Shown here: positions 12,798 to 25,550 of the stretch, in pieces
Layout: every line of letters starts with the position of its first letter
Position numbering within the stretch: the first letter of the stretch is position 1
Assembly: GCF_018977255.1 (NCBI RefSeq)
Contig: NW_024704742.1
Location: forward strand, 18,044,001-18,104,000
Length of the DNA: 60,000 bases
Source of the DNA: Callorhinchus milii
Taxonomy: Eukaryota
Direction of reading: 5' to 3'
Notes under the pieces: model-generated
The model's database searches: none
Seen by the model: the letters and a program-made list of their open reading frames with translations, nothing else
Told to the model about the DNA's origin: nothing
Position numbers and translations under genes: made by a program

Positions 12798-14839
12798 ACA
12801 TTGGAAAAGAAAATGGAGTTTCTTCCCGGATCCTGCCCCACAATATTCCAGATAAATCAGCCACTCAACTCAATGGTGTTTGGGGGAACTCGCCGGCACA
12901 AATGTCCATTACATAAAGAAAGTAATTGACAGTAATTATCTGTGGAGAGCCTTATGACTGTTTTGATGTGATGAGGCGCTATAAAAAAATCCAAGCTCTT
13001 TCTTCTTATTTCTATAGTGTTAGCGGCACTATCCTTCTGTTTGTTTTGATACAATAAATTATGGTTTGTTTTAATTCAATAAAATATATTTACAACCATC
13101 ATCTTGAAAATGTCACCTCATAGCTAACTGATCATTTATCTTGTCCTCTTTAAACAGGCACTTTGCATGTGCAAACTCGATGTTTGTTAGCAAGGAATTC
13201 AGATCATTTTGGTTTGAGTCACTGGCTTTATGACCATATGAGCAATCTATCAGTGTGAATCAACACTGGATTAAATGCAACATCCTTCAAGAATATCTCT
13301 CGTCTCATATTATGAAAAATGTAATAGCGGACAGAAAAGTAACCCCACAAAATTTAAAACAGCTTCCCAGCACTCAACAATTAGCAGATTCACCCACTGA
13401 TCTGGCGATCTTCCAGACAAGATAGTCTTTCAGTTCTCGCAGGGTTAAAAAAGTAGTCTAATTGAACCTTTAGATGTTGCCAGCATCTGCTTTTCTTCAA
13501 TTTCGTAATGCTTGCAACTTTTATGAAAGACGCAGCAGTATAAAGAAGTCAAACAGAATGAGCTTTGAAGTTTTGATTTTAATCAACTCTGCCCAGTGCA
13601 GAATAGCAAAGATTTTACTTTCAGCTTTAAAAAACAGCCAAAACTGAAGCTGATAGTTACAATGCTATCTGATGTAAGTGTCATCTAGAATTCAGGTTTT
13701 ATCTTTATTACAAATAAATGTTTTGATTTGTTGCTTATTTCTGAAATATCCTTTGACCAGCTAGCAGCTGCTTTGCATTATTATGCCGCCTTAGCATTTT
13801 TGCCTTCACATGTATGCTATAAAAACATGCACCACCAGTGGCTTTCATTATACACTGAACAAATCTCTTTCCAGATGGTCAGCAGAAAATAATACAGTAA
13901 TTCTTCTGAATTTCAGCAGTTTTGAGTTTGCTGTCAGGTGAGTCAATAACACATTCTGACTCAGAGTCATAGAATGTTTGCCCTCTAATCACCTGGTTTG
14001 AATAAATCTCTTTTAAAACAAAATCTATTCTAAAGGGTCCATTCAGTTGTTTGATCTACAGATACTGATTCAAAGAAAATCACATTTGTGCTTTCTCACA
14101 TGGCATGGCCCAACATGGCCCATTCTACAATACAAACCCACTAATCAGTACAAGTCACTGTGGGTTTATAGGTTTACTATATTCTTTTACAAAAAGACAA
14201 AGTCATCCAGATATGCGGTTATAACGCACATATGTTAAGGTGTAAAAACATGTGGGTATGAAGGAGAAAAACAGCTATTTAGTTTATCTGGTATTTCAGG
14301 GTCAGCAATAGCATTCAGTGTGTCTGTACTCCTTTCTCGGGCCTTGAAGCCAAGCACGTATCTCTGCGTTCTCTGTTGAATTGGGAATGGTCCATTTCTT
14401 TTTTTGAATCGTGCAGCACAGACCTTGTGCATTGACAGTGGTGTTCAGTCAAGGCTTAGAATACCAAACAATGGTGCCTTAAAATGAGAGTTCAGAAAAC
14501 TGGCTTTATCTGAACAGCCTCCACAATGTAAGGATTAATTGGAAAGAACTCAAGGTTGTTAACATACAGATAACAATTCATACATACATTCTTGTTTTCT
14601 TTATCCTTCATTCACAAAAAACTAGCAAACAGACTTCCAGGTCAATATTGTTGTATTACAATGGGTGATACCTATCACTGTTGGCAGAATACGCTTGGAA
14701 TTTTTCCATTGTTTGTAAACCTTTACTCCGTTTATTTGCAAGTATAAAGAAATAAATGCTGAGGTTAAATAATTGCTCTTAACAAGTACTTCAGTTCTAC
14801 ACTTGCAGCAAGATTTCTGATCATAGAAGATTATAAAAG

Positions 14840-16270
14840 TTTCACCCACAAAATATTCAGTCAATTCACTTTACGATATATTCTGTGAAGCACTTTGATA
14901 CATCTCAAAGACAGGATAAGGCACTATATCAAATCCAAGGATTATTATTAATATTATTATAAAGTTCACTAACTAGTAAAGAGGATAATCATTTATTCCA
15001 TTGTATGTACTGGCACTGCCAAAATGTATAATTCTTACCAATTTAGACAAGGATCCATTAATAATTGAAATTTTACAGTACTGTTTGCCACTAGAGATCC
15101 CCACCAAGAGACAGTTTGTAAATACTAAGCTGCCCTCCTTTTAGAAAACTAGAGCATGAAAAGAAACTAAACCCAGAGCAATTTTTTCAGACAGACCAAA
15201 GCAACAAGAAGAATGCAGCACCAAGAGACACAGGTGCAGTGTAATGAAGAGCAATTTTCACCCACTAAAATAGTCAATTCACTTTACAGTGTATTCTGTG
15301 AAGCGCTTTGAGATGTCTCGAAGAGGTGATAAAGCTCTACATCAAATACAAGCATTATTATTATTTTTAGAACAAATGCGAGGAGGTATTTCTTTACACA
15401 AGAGGGTAAATAACAGCTAGAATTAATCACCAGTAATAACTGTTAATGCCAAGACATTGGATTAATTTAAGAACCACCATATTGTCTGAGCTAGCTTCGT
15501 TTATAATATAATCCTTGCATTTGATATAGCACTTTATCACGCCTTCAAGACATCTCAAAGCACTTCACAGAATATACTGTAAAGTGCAGTGACTATATTT
15601 TGTGGGCGAAATGCGGCAGACAATTCCATCTGCACAGCAGTGTCCCACAAACAGTCGTGAAAATTCCGTAGCTATGTGATCAAAATGTACTCAATAAATC
15701 CTTTAAAAATTCCCTGAAAATGCTAGTCAACCAATAGACTGAGGACTGAATCCCAGAAAGTAGATTTTTTTTATTTTCATATTGCCTCTGGCTCCTTTCA
15801 TCCATTGTATTTCTATTTTGGCTTTCCTGCACAAAGGCACTGCACCTTTTCTAATTGGTAACTGTTAGCAAAATCTAATTGATTAAAAAAACATTATGAT
15901 AGGCCCATGTGATTTTTAAAATTAATTTACTGCATTTTTTAAAAAAATCAATGCTTGCTCAGATTGAGTTTTCTAACAATATATCATGTGAAGCGCTTTG
16001 AGGTATCTCGACAACATGATAAGGCAACAGTATATCAAATGCAAGGATTATTATTATTACTATTTTAAATTGCTTTGGCACTCTGGTATTTACTGCAATT
16101 TACTCCCACAATGGTGCAGTATATCACAGAAAAACTCTTCTAACTGTGAGTCCTAATGGAGGGTATTAAAACAACATCCTAAAAATATACACTTTAAAAT
16201 ATATCCTATGAGGCACTTTGATACGTCCTCCTCACATGAAGTGCGATATCAAATGTAAGGATTATTAATG
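14840..16270. mobile_element. Cluster of SINE 3' fragments (+14840-14960, +15255-15366, -15505-15660, +15985-16060, +16200-16268) with a CR1 fragment at ~15370-15480
   Basis: Repeated tatcaaatgcaaggattattatt tails on both strands. Confidence 0.8.
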
Positions 16271-16284
16271 GGGAAATGCCTTCT

Positions 16285-16960
16285 CCTTTCAGAGACTTCA
16301 AAACAGTGCTGGGGAATGCTCTAATATTGGAGGTGTTGCCCTTCAGACGTTAAAGAGGTCTCGTCTACCTGTTCAGGTGGATGTTAAACATTCCAAACAC
16401 AATACAAAATTACATTTGTACGGTGCCTTTCACATCAAGGAGGACGTCCCAAGGCGTTGGACGGTCAGGGATTTGTACCCGAGCAGGGTTTGGGTAAGGG
16501 ATGGTGGAGGGCAGGAGGGTGGCTGAAGGCTCGGTCGAAGAGGAGGGTCTTGAGACGTGCCTTGAAGGAGGCAAGGGAGGGAGCAAGACGAATGGAATGT
16601 GGGATGGAGTTCTAAAGGGTGGGGGCGCAGAGGCTGATGGTGAAGCGGGCCGGACAGGGGATGTAGAGCAGACCGCTGAGCGGATGGAGCGGACAGGTTG
16701 ATATTGGGTTAGCATGTCACAGAGGTAGGAAAGGGCAAGGCCATGGAGGGCCTTGAACACGAGCACGGCAGTATTTGAAAAGTGAAGGGAGTTTCTCCCG
16801 TGTCCTTGCCAACAATTCTCCAGATAAAGCTGGTTGTTCACTTCATGGCCATTTGAGGGACATTTGCTGTGTACAGTTTGGCTCTTGCTTGTCTATAAAT
16901 TTCAATGAGAATTTCAATTACATGGTAAGATTCAATAACAAATACAAGGATTATTATAAT
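16285..16960 (+). mobile_element. Deu-domain SINE (family B) split by a minus-strand LINE2 insertion at ~16398-16770
   Basis: The SINE stops at caggtggatgttaaa and resumes at tatttgaaaag...gggagtttctcccgtgtcc. The insert encodes VFKALHGLA...YLCDML. Confidence 0.85.
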
Positions 16961-16982
16961 ACATAGCATTATTTTCTAGTAA

Positions 16983-17310
16983 ACCTGACTCAGTGGCAGC
17001 ACTCTCACCTCTGAGTCAGAAAGGTGTGGGTTCAAGCCCCACGTCGGGACTTGGAAACACATAGGCTAAGCTGTCACTCCAATGCAATACCTTGGGTGGT
17101 TGCACTTTTGGAGGTTTCATCCTTTCGAAGAGACATTAAACTGAGGTTCCGTCTGGCTGTTCTGGTAGATGTTAAAGATCTTATGGCACTATTCGAAGAG
17201 AGAAGGGAGATTCTCCCAGTGTCCTAGATGACAATTCCCCAAATAAAATATCAGTCACTGACTCCGTAGCAGTTTATAGGACGTTAATAGGCACAAACTG
17301 CCTGCCGAGT
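16983..17310 (+). mobile_element. Deu-domain SINE (family B) with tRNA head
   Basis: tgactcagtggcagcactctcacctctgagtcagaaaggtgtgggttcaagcccc followed by the Deu core ttaaagatcttatggcactattcgaag. Confidence 0.85.
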
Positions 17311-19177
17311 TTTGCATTTTGGACACAAAATACGGTTTTATAATCAGTGAAATCTATCATCAAAAATCCTGGTATCAATAATAGTCATAGCTATGGAATT
17401 ACATCAAGCCATGTACTTGTGGATACATATGGGATGGGCAGTAAATCAGTGTATCAACATTTCTTATCAGCATTAGTGACCATTTTAAAAATGTGTTCAT
17501 TAATATGATTCTCTACTTTAGCCAATTGGAGAGTCAGCAGTACATTCCTCTTGAGTACTCTTCAATTCATAATTAAGGACTGTTAGCAAAAGGCTTGCCC
17601 TGCACGTTTAAAGAAAACTGAAAAACCAGACTCATTAACAATAGATCAATTAAGCCATCTCTTTGTCAGCAGTTGGCTGATGTTGCCTTGCCTTACAGGA
17701 AGTGATCTACCTCCCTGAAGCCTATTAAGCTTAGAGGGTTAACGTTTCCACACAAGCAAGCATTTGAACAGTGTTTCATTAGCTGATACAGCACATCTAC
17801 TTAAGCCATTAAATCCAAATAGCTTCCCATTCATTGTGTATATCCCCAGGATACAGTGACGTCATTTTTGGTGAGTTTTTTTTNATTAGTCGCCTGCCAG
17901 CCATCCTTTCCCCCAACAATACATTAGTTCTGTTGTAAAATACAATGTATTCAGACTGGTGACGCTACACTTCACTTGTGGGGCAGCTGCTACTGTTAGA
18001 TAGACTTGGATTTAGCCAAACATGGCTCTATTTCTATGTTGGTAGAAAGAACAGGTTTTCAATTGTCTGTAAACAGTTTGCTTGGCTATTGTCTTCAAAT
18101 GGCCAACAGATGCAAATTAAATTAATTATTGAATAATTTAAATTCCTTGGTTGACGTGATTTCTTCCTGGAAGCATGTTACAGTTTGATAACAAGGAACC
18201 ATTGTTAGCAATACAGCTCATATTTACGTTTAAAACTATCCATCATAACTGTTGTTTTAATATCTGGGAACAGCTAGTAAATAGATATAAATCTTATAAT
18301 TTGGCTTATTGAGGAGTAAACACATCCAATCATATATATTAATGAGAATCCAATTCACAAATTTTTCAGGTGCAAAAATCCATACACAAGCTCACATATT
18401 AGATCTAAAATTATGGGTGAAATTGTCCTGCGTGTGATGTGATAATTATCACATCATTAAGCACTGAGGTTGAGGCAAGTTGGTATTTATTGATTGATCC
18501 ATGTGTGTGACTCTTTCCCTCCCCTTCTCAACCTTAGTATAATGGTAGAGTCCAAAACTGCTGGTGGCTTCCATTTGAATTGTGGCTGTTTAGACCAAAC
18601 CATTGCGTCAAAATCAAGGGAAGGGGAAGGAAAAGTATCACCCATTTAGTCAATAATTATCACCTACAAATACACCTGGTTACACTACTTCACTACTATA
18701 TCCTGTGAAGCGCTTTGAGTCATCTCAATAACAAGTTGCATTTATATACTGCCCTTCATGTGGGGTTGCATTGGAGTGCTTAACAGTGGCAGAGTTTGAC
18801 ATGAAGAACATTACTTATGTGATGCTTTCCAAGATACCACCATAGTGATTGTATTCACTGAGTTGAGCCATGATCTAAGATCGGCAACTACAATAGTGGC
18901 TGTTTAAACCACTCATTCAAAGTCAAAGGGAGGGGAAGGAAAAGTACAACAACAGCATCATCAAATTACACTTGTCCTTCACATTGGAAAGACGTCCCAG
19001 GGCGCTCGACAGTCAGGTCAGCTTTTAGCCCAATAATGTCCGACAGCATGATACTGCAGGAATAGAGTGGTGCTTTGAAAAATCATAACTTGGAATATTT
19101 GAGTGATGTCAGACAGTCTATCTTACATCACCAGCACAACATATCACTTTTGTATAGTATTTTATGCATCAAGCAGG

Positions 19178-19330
19178 TGCCAGCCTGGCGTAGTTGGTAA
19201 TACTGTCACCTTCGAGTCAGAAGGTTGTGGATTTAAGCCCCACATCAGGTTATTGAGCTCATAGTCCAAGCTGGCACGTTGGATAATATATCAAACTGAG
19301 GTGCCAACTGCCTCCTAAAGTGGATATCAG
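19178..19330 (+). mobile_element. Family B SINE 5' fragment (similar fragment at ~2157-2270)
   Basis: tRNA-like head matching the 16983 copy. Confidence 0.7.
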
Positions 19331-20134
19331 TTTATAAATACTGTAATTCATAAGAATATATGTACAGAGTGGGCAGTTTGAAATTGGCTGTGATGTGCTC
19401 TATGGTGGAATAGTTTGACAATATTCAATGTCAAGGCTCATGAATGAATGAATTACTTTTGAAAAGTGACATCAGGATACTCCCGTCATAAAACAGTTGT
19501 CTAGGTCTAATACCTCAGATGCTGCATGATAATGATACACAAAAAACAATGACTCTCTTCTGAATTATCAGATCACTGCCAACATGACTTCCAGCGCATT
19601 CTGCCTGCAGGCCAGGCACAATGAGCGATGTTAATGTCATTTCCTACATAGGAGGTGACGTCAACAGCAACCCAACATGTTGGAAGTCAGACTCTTTAGC
19701 GTGGGAAGCTAACTTATCAGATTGACACTCAATTGGACCCATTATCAACAGACCCCATCCAGCAACTAGAGATGCCTGTTGAGAATTTCCATGCACTTAA
19801 ATGCTAAAAACATAAATTTTATCAATTAATCCTCATAATTCCATACATCAGGCCAGTTTGCATCAACCAATTTATTCTGCCTCTGCTTTAAGGTACAAAG
19901 AACCATAATGATATCGTATATTTTTTGCATTTGATCTTAGAGGACAAATTCAGGATTTTACAAGGCAAAAGAGACTGAATGATGAAATATTATTCAGAAA
20001 CCGAAACATCATTTTTTAATAAATTTCTTGTTTGATTATTTATCATCGTTCTCAACTTCAAAAACAAATGCAGCTTCTGAAGCCACCTGGTTCGTGATAT
20101 TTATCTGCTAACAGTAATTCTGGAACTCCATTTC

Positions 20135-20698
20135 ACTAGGTGAGACCGCACCTAGAATATTGTGTGCAGTTTTGGTCTTCTTATTTAAGAAAGGACATAC
20201 TCGTCTTAGAGGGGATGTAGCGTAGATTCACCAGGTTGGTTCCTGGGATGAGGGGGTTGACCTATGAGGATAGGTTGAGTAAACTAGGCCTATATTCTCT
20301 AGAATATAGAAGAATTAGAGGTGATCTTATAGAAACCTATAAGATTATTAAGTGTCTTGATAGAGTAGATGCCGTAAGACTGTTTCACCTGGTTGGAGAA
20401 TCTAAAACTAGGGGTCATAGTCTCAAGATTAAGGGTCAGCCTTTTCAAATAGAATTGAGGAAACATTTCTTCACTCAGAGGGTAGTGAATTTGTGGAATC
20501 CCAGAAGGCTGTGGATGCTCAGTCCTTGAACATATTCAAGACAGAGGTTGATAGATTTCTAAAGGATAAAGGGATTAAGGGATATGGGAATAGGGCAGGT
20601 AAATGGAATTAGGTAGAAGAACAGCCATGATCTTACTAAATGGCAGGGCAGACTCGAGGGCCCGAATGGCCTACTCCTGCTCCTACATCTTATGGTCT
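20135..20698 (+). mobile_element. CR1 LINE 3' end
   Basis: RPHLEYCVQFWS, then YEDRLSKLGLYSLEYRRIRGDLIETYKI...TRGHSLK...RKHFFTQRVVNLWN; 3' tail ggcccgaatggcctactcctgctcct. Confidence 0.95.
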
Positions 20699-21438
20699 TC
20701 CTGGAACCTGTTCCAGACATTAACTGCCCTTTGGGTGAAAAAATACTTTCTGCGACCTGTCCTGAAATTGCAATAAGTCTGGAAATCTTCAATTGAGTAG
20801 AGAGGCTTTGAAAATTGTTCATTTGTATAAAACCTTACAAGTGCATTTGTTTCTGTATACTTCTCACTCTACTTCTTTGTGTTGTTCTAAAATTATTTTC
20901 TGTTAATTGAAGCTGAGAACACTTTACTGAATAAGAGTAGGTTAATGGTCCCTTCTGACCAAGTAGATGTCTGCCGTCCTCTATCCTGTACCATTAGCTT
21001 CAAGTCAGCCTTTGTCACACAAAGCTTACCAAAAAAAGGTAAGAATTGAAACTTGTGCATTTCATTTCAGAGTAGCTGACAAGCTTTTTTTTAAATTGAC
21101 CAAAAAGCTACTTAAATGTATATAAATGCGGGGGAGGGAGCAAAAAACAAGAAGGCATCAAGCAATTTACCTGGTTCTGTAATGTATGGGGGAAGAAAAA
21201 AACTGCAGTTGTGGTTGACAGAGTCTCATTGTAAATCTTTGTATTGCACTTTTTGACTGATGATGGAACTGTGTGATAGGGAAAGAATAAAATCACTGCC
21301 CTGAGGCAGCATAGTTTTTCATGATGACATTGTGTTCATGGGCAAACAAGAGTGTCTGGCATAAACTTGTTCCATGATCCGTTTGTACAAACAAAATATT
21401 TCACTTTTCCCTAAAATAAATTGAAGCTTGCAACTTAC

Positions 21439-21552
21439 TTGCCTGGCAAAATAAATTGTACGGGTTTGCATTGGATACATTGTACATTCATCTGAATCAC
21501 TGTACAGTGAATTGTTGATGTCAACCTTCTTGTTAGGGAATGCACATTCTGA
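21439..21552 (-). other. Candidate 114-nt exon
   Basis: Minus-strand acceptor ctctcctttctctcccttccag| and donor CAA|GTAAGT. Open in phases 0 and 2, closed in phase 1. Confidence 0.3.
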
Positions 21553-22107
21553 CTGGAAGGGAGAGAAAGGAGAGCCAACACCCTTAGGTGCTCTGAGTAC
21601 ATCCTAGTGGGTAGCTAAAGAGACACTTTCTCGGAGACTTAGAACATTTGACAGCTCTTTCTCTCAGGGAAGATGTGTAGGATTGGCAAATGATAGGAAA
21701 GGAAGCGGAGAAAACTAAAATAAATGACGGGGAACAAAAAATTAGATGTGTTGGACCACCTGTACTATTTGTCATCTTTAGTTTACTAACTTGTAAATAT
21801 TAAAAATATTTGGATTTTTAAAAAAAAGAAGACAAGGCATGCTCAATACAATACAAAATTACATTTGTAAAGCGCCTTTCACATTGGGAGCACATCCCAA
21901 ATTCAAGACATACTGCTTAATACTGTAGTCTTCTCAAAATGCAAGACTGAGTTCAAGCGATCGAAATAATGCATCTTTGAAATGTAAAAATGAAAATGCA
22001 AAAGATATCAATTAGATTATACACTTAACGAAAATCATTACAATGATCTATACCATTCTCCTGCCAAAGCACTTGCTGTGGTAAAGGTCAGTTTGAAGAG
22101 TTCCAGA

Positions 22108-22667
22108 ACAACAACAACAACAATAAAATTACATTTTATAAATTACATCTATAAATTACATTTATAGAGCGCCTTTCACGTCGGGAGGACGTCCCAAAGC
22201 ACTGAACAGTCAGGTATCGGGGCCTGAGCATGGGGGAGGGGTGGTGTAGGGGTGAGGGAAGGCAGAGAGGTGGGAAGGTGACCAAAGGCACGGACGAAGA
22301 GAATGCGTCTCAATAGTGATATCTTTTCCCTACGAACCTGTCCGCTCCCTCCATTCAGCGGGCTCCAGCCTGCTCCATGTCTCCCGCCCAACCATCGGTG
22401 GCCGGGCTTTCAGCCTCTCTGCCCCCACACTCTGGAACTCCATCTCACGGTCCCTTTGCCTCGCTTCCTCCCTTGCCTCCTTCAAGGCCGATCTCAAGAC
22501 CCTTCTCTTCGATCGTGCCTTTGGTCTCCCTCACACCTCTCTGCCTTCCCTCACCCCTACACCACCCCTCTCCCATGCTCGGGCCCCGACACCTGACTGT
22601 TCAGCTCTTTGGGACGTCCTCCCTACGTGAAAGGCGCTCTATAAATGTAATTTTGTTGTTGTTATTG
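22108..22667. mobile_element. Two LINE2 3' ends fused head-to-head (minus 22108-22303, plus ~22325-22667)
   Basis: The arms are reverse complements over ~160 bp; both (ttg)n tails point outward. Confidence 0.92.
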
Positions 22668-25034
22668 TCATCCTCACAACTTACTTTCCCACCTATCTTC
22701 ATATTGTCCACAAATTTAGATATGTTAAGTTCTATTTCCTCATCTAAATCATTGATATAGAAGGGTGGTTGAGGTCAGGATGCTGGTTAAGAACAGCTTG
22801 ATACAGGGTAGGCTGAGTGACAAAGGGCCTTCTTCATCTGAACTGATCTTGTGACTTTTTGACTAAAAATGCAATCTCACTTTGAAAAACAACTCCAGCA
22901 GATATGTAGAAACGACCACAAGTTGACATAATAATAACTTTAATAAAGAATAGAGATCAGTGAGTTGTCAAATGTAGTTTAAAAAAATCACCTTTGCACA
23001 ACAGTTAAACAAAGCATCCTGAAGATGGTGGTACTTATTAATGTTTATGGCAATGCCCATCATTTTATGGCCTTTGTAAGTCATGCTCTAACTTAAACAT
23101 GAATCACACTTTATTAACATGTGGTTCATACTTTTATTATGAAGTCAAATACTACTGCGTACCCCAAGTTAAACCTGGCATCTCATTTTCAAGATCCTAG
23201 GACCTAAATGTTTGCTTTATTAGAGAAGGTAATATTGCTAAATGAATATGTTCCTCTGATCAGGAAATGGGGCTCTATTGGAATAAATCGGGTAAAGATG
23301 ATATATTGCAATCCAAAAGTGCTAGAAGTGAATCTCTTTCCTCTTCCCCGCCACCACCAATGTTCTCAATAGTGATATCTATCAAGCCAGGTCTGTAGTA
23401 ATGAACTTCCAGTTCACAGATCTCAGTTTTCAATTTCCAGTTTCTGGAATACTGGGTGCTTTTTACTAAATGAAAACCTCTGAGTCTCACATTAACTAGG
23501 ATTCAAAAGCAGACATCCACAATTCAAGCCAATTCCAATTTTATGGATCATGTTTCACAATGTTGCCATTGAGAATGCCACGCATCAATTGCATCCATAT
23601 AGATTTGATGTGATCAATTTTGAATGTGCAACTAAATTGGTGTTGGATAAGCCACAGCCAGACGGTCAGACCCTCCATCATTACATTCTCCGCATTGCGC
23701 AGATTGTTTATTGTGTGTCACACCATAAACTCACGGTATCCCAGAAACACACTGGAGTGCTTCAGCACTGACAGGCTCGCTTCTTGCAAAGTGATGCCAG
23801 TGTCACTTCCTGTGCGTAGTTCACATGCGTGGTGCACAGGTCGGGACATCACCATTTTATATTATATCCCACCACCAGATTACAACTGGGTCTGACTATG
23901 ATTGTGGGCCTTTCTGGTCACTTAATAAAATAATTTGCATTGAATACTTTGTTATAATGTGAATACTGCACTTTTGTTGTGTAAAAGAACAAATTTGGAA
24001 TATTTTCTGCTGCTCCAATACTTTGTTACTCTGCTACTGTTTTATTAACTACAGTTTTATATCTAATCTTTACAGCTAAAATCACTTTTGGGGTGTTCAG
24101 TTTGCTTGGATTTGAATTCTTGTGTCTTTTATCCTTTAAACCCTGAATAGTGATATTTTGTAGTGAAAAAAGGCAGTAATTTAATTGCAAATTGTAAGCA
24201 ACACTTAAAATAAAAAGTGCCTTTGCTCACAGCCTGTTTTTGCCCTGCCAGGCAGTTTACAGAAATTACTCCATTTGCTGATTTTTCAAATATTAGGCCA
24301 AAGATTACACACAATCTTTATTTTGTAACAAACTATGATTGCAAAGTTCTGCAGATGAATACTTCTACATCTTTGGGGGGGGGTTTTCCAAAATGAATTA
24401 GTTTTTTTTTAATATAAGAGTTTCCAGAAGAGTAAAAGTCTTCCAACCCTTTCATATTTAGTTTTGTGAATTTCATTTAGTCTGACTTGAGTTGGTAAAC
24501 GCATATATTCATAGAATTAATAGACACTGAAATATAGCTGTATCTTTTAATATACACATACATGATAATGATGTGACATTCTTATTCTATTCCCTAATCT
24601 TTACCAGCCTATTAGTAATACAAATACAGAGCCAGTGTTCTATAGATGGTAGTCAACTGTGAAAACCCATTGGCGTATAGTCACAGTACTGTGAGCTAAC
24701 AAGTATGAGATCAGAACCTTTGCTGAAAATACTGTAGATGCTTAAAATGTACATCTATGTCAGATAGCTTTCAGCTGTTAGTTGCTGACAGAAATCATCC
24801 TCTAAAAAGAACATTGCCATTCTCCCCCCAGTGAGGAGCTGAATGATAACAGGAATAGTGTTGAATTGCTTAAATCAAGTTACTACAAGTTATGGCAATG
24901 CATAGTGCTCTTTGTAATTAATCTGCATTCTCAGCCACATAAACAAAATTGCAAAATTAAGCAATGCCTTCCAGCAATTCAAAACAACTACCACCAATTT
25001 TGGCTTAGAAACAATTTAAACCATTTTTAGCATC

Positions 25035-25550
25035 TTCTTGGCTCAGTTAGTAACACATATTTCTAGAAGATTGTGGGTTCAAAGCCCCAAATTGGGAGCT
25101 TGTATTCTAAACTGTTAGTAGAGTTTGAGGGAGTGCTACACCCCTGGAAGGGTATTTCTGATAAAGATTTAAATTAAATGTCCTGTCTGCCTGTTCAGGT
25201 GCACGTTAAAGAACATGTGGTACTATTTATAAAGAATCGTTGTTTCTTCCGTTGACCTGGCCAACAAACCTCAATGTTATTTAGTCAGGCATCCAACAAC
25301 TGTGGAATCTTCCTGGCATGTTTGATCAACAGACACATTTTTTGACATGATAAAATGGGAGTTTCTCTCAGTGTCCTGGCAACAATCCCCCAGATAAAAC
25401 AGGCTGTTTATGGGACATTGCTGGGTGAAAATTGCTTGCTGTCTTTGCTGATATAATAGAGACACTACGTTCCATGGCAAATGCTGAGAAGATGTTTGAG
25501 ATAATTTTAAATGTGATAATACACTATCAAAGGCAAGCATTATTATAATA
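25035..25550 (+). mobile_element. Deu-domain SINE (family B), diverged, possibly in two pieces
   Basis: tRNA head ggctcagttagt...gggttcaaagcccc; tgtctgcctgttcaggtg; tail. Confidence 0.75.

Noticed and set aside
20236..20529. Apparent RT-related coding gene (also 5540-6043)
   Set aside because: These are 5'-truncated CR1/L2 remnants with stops and frameshifts; no intact autonomous element exists in the window.
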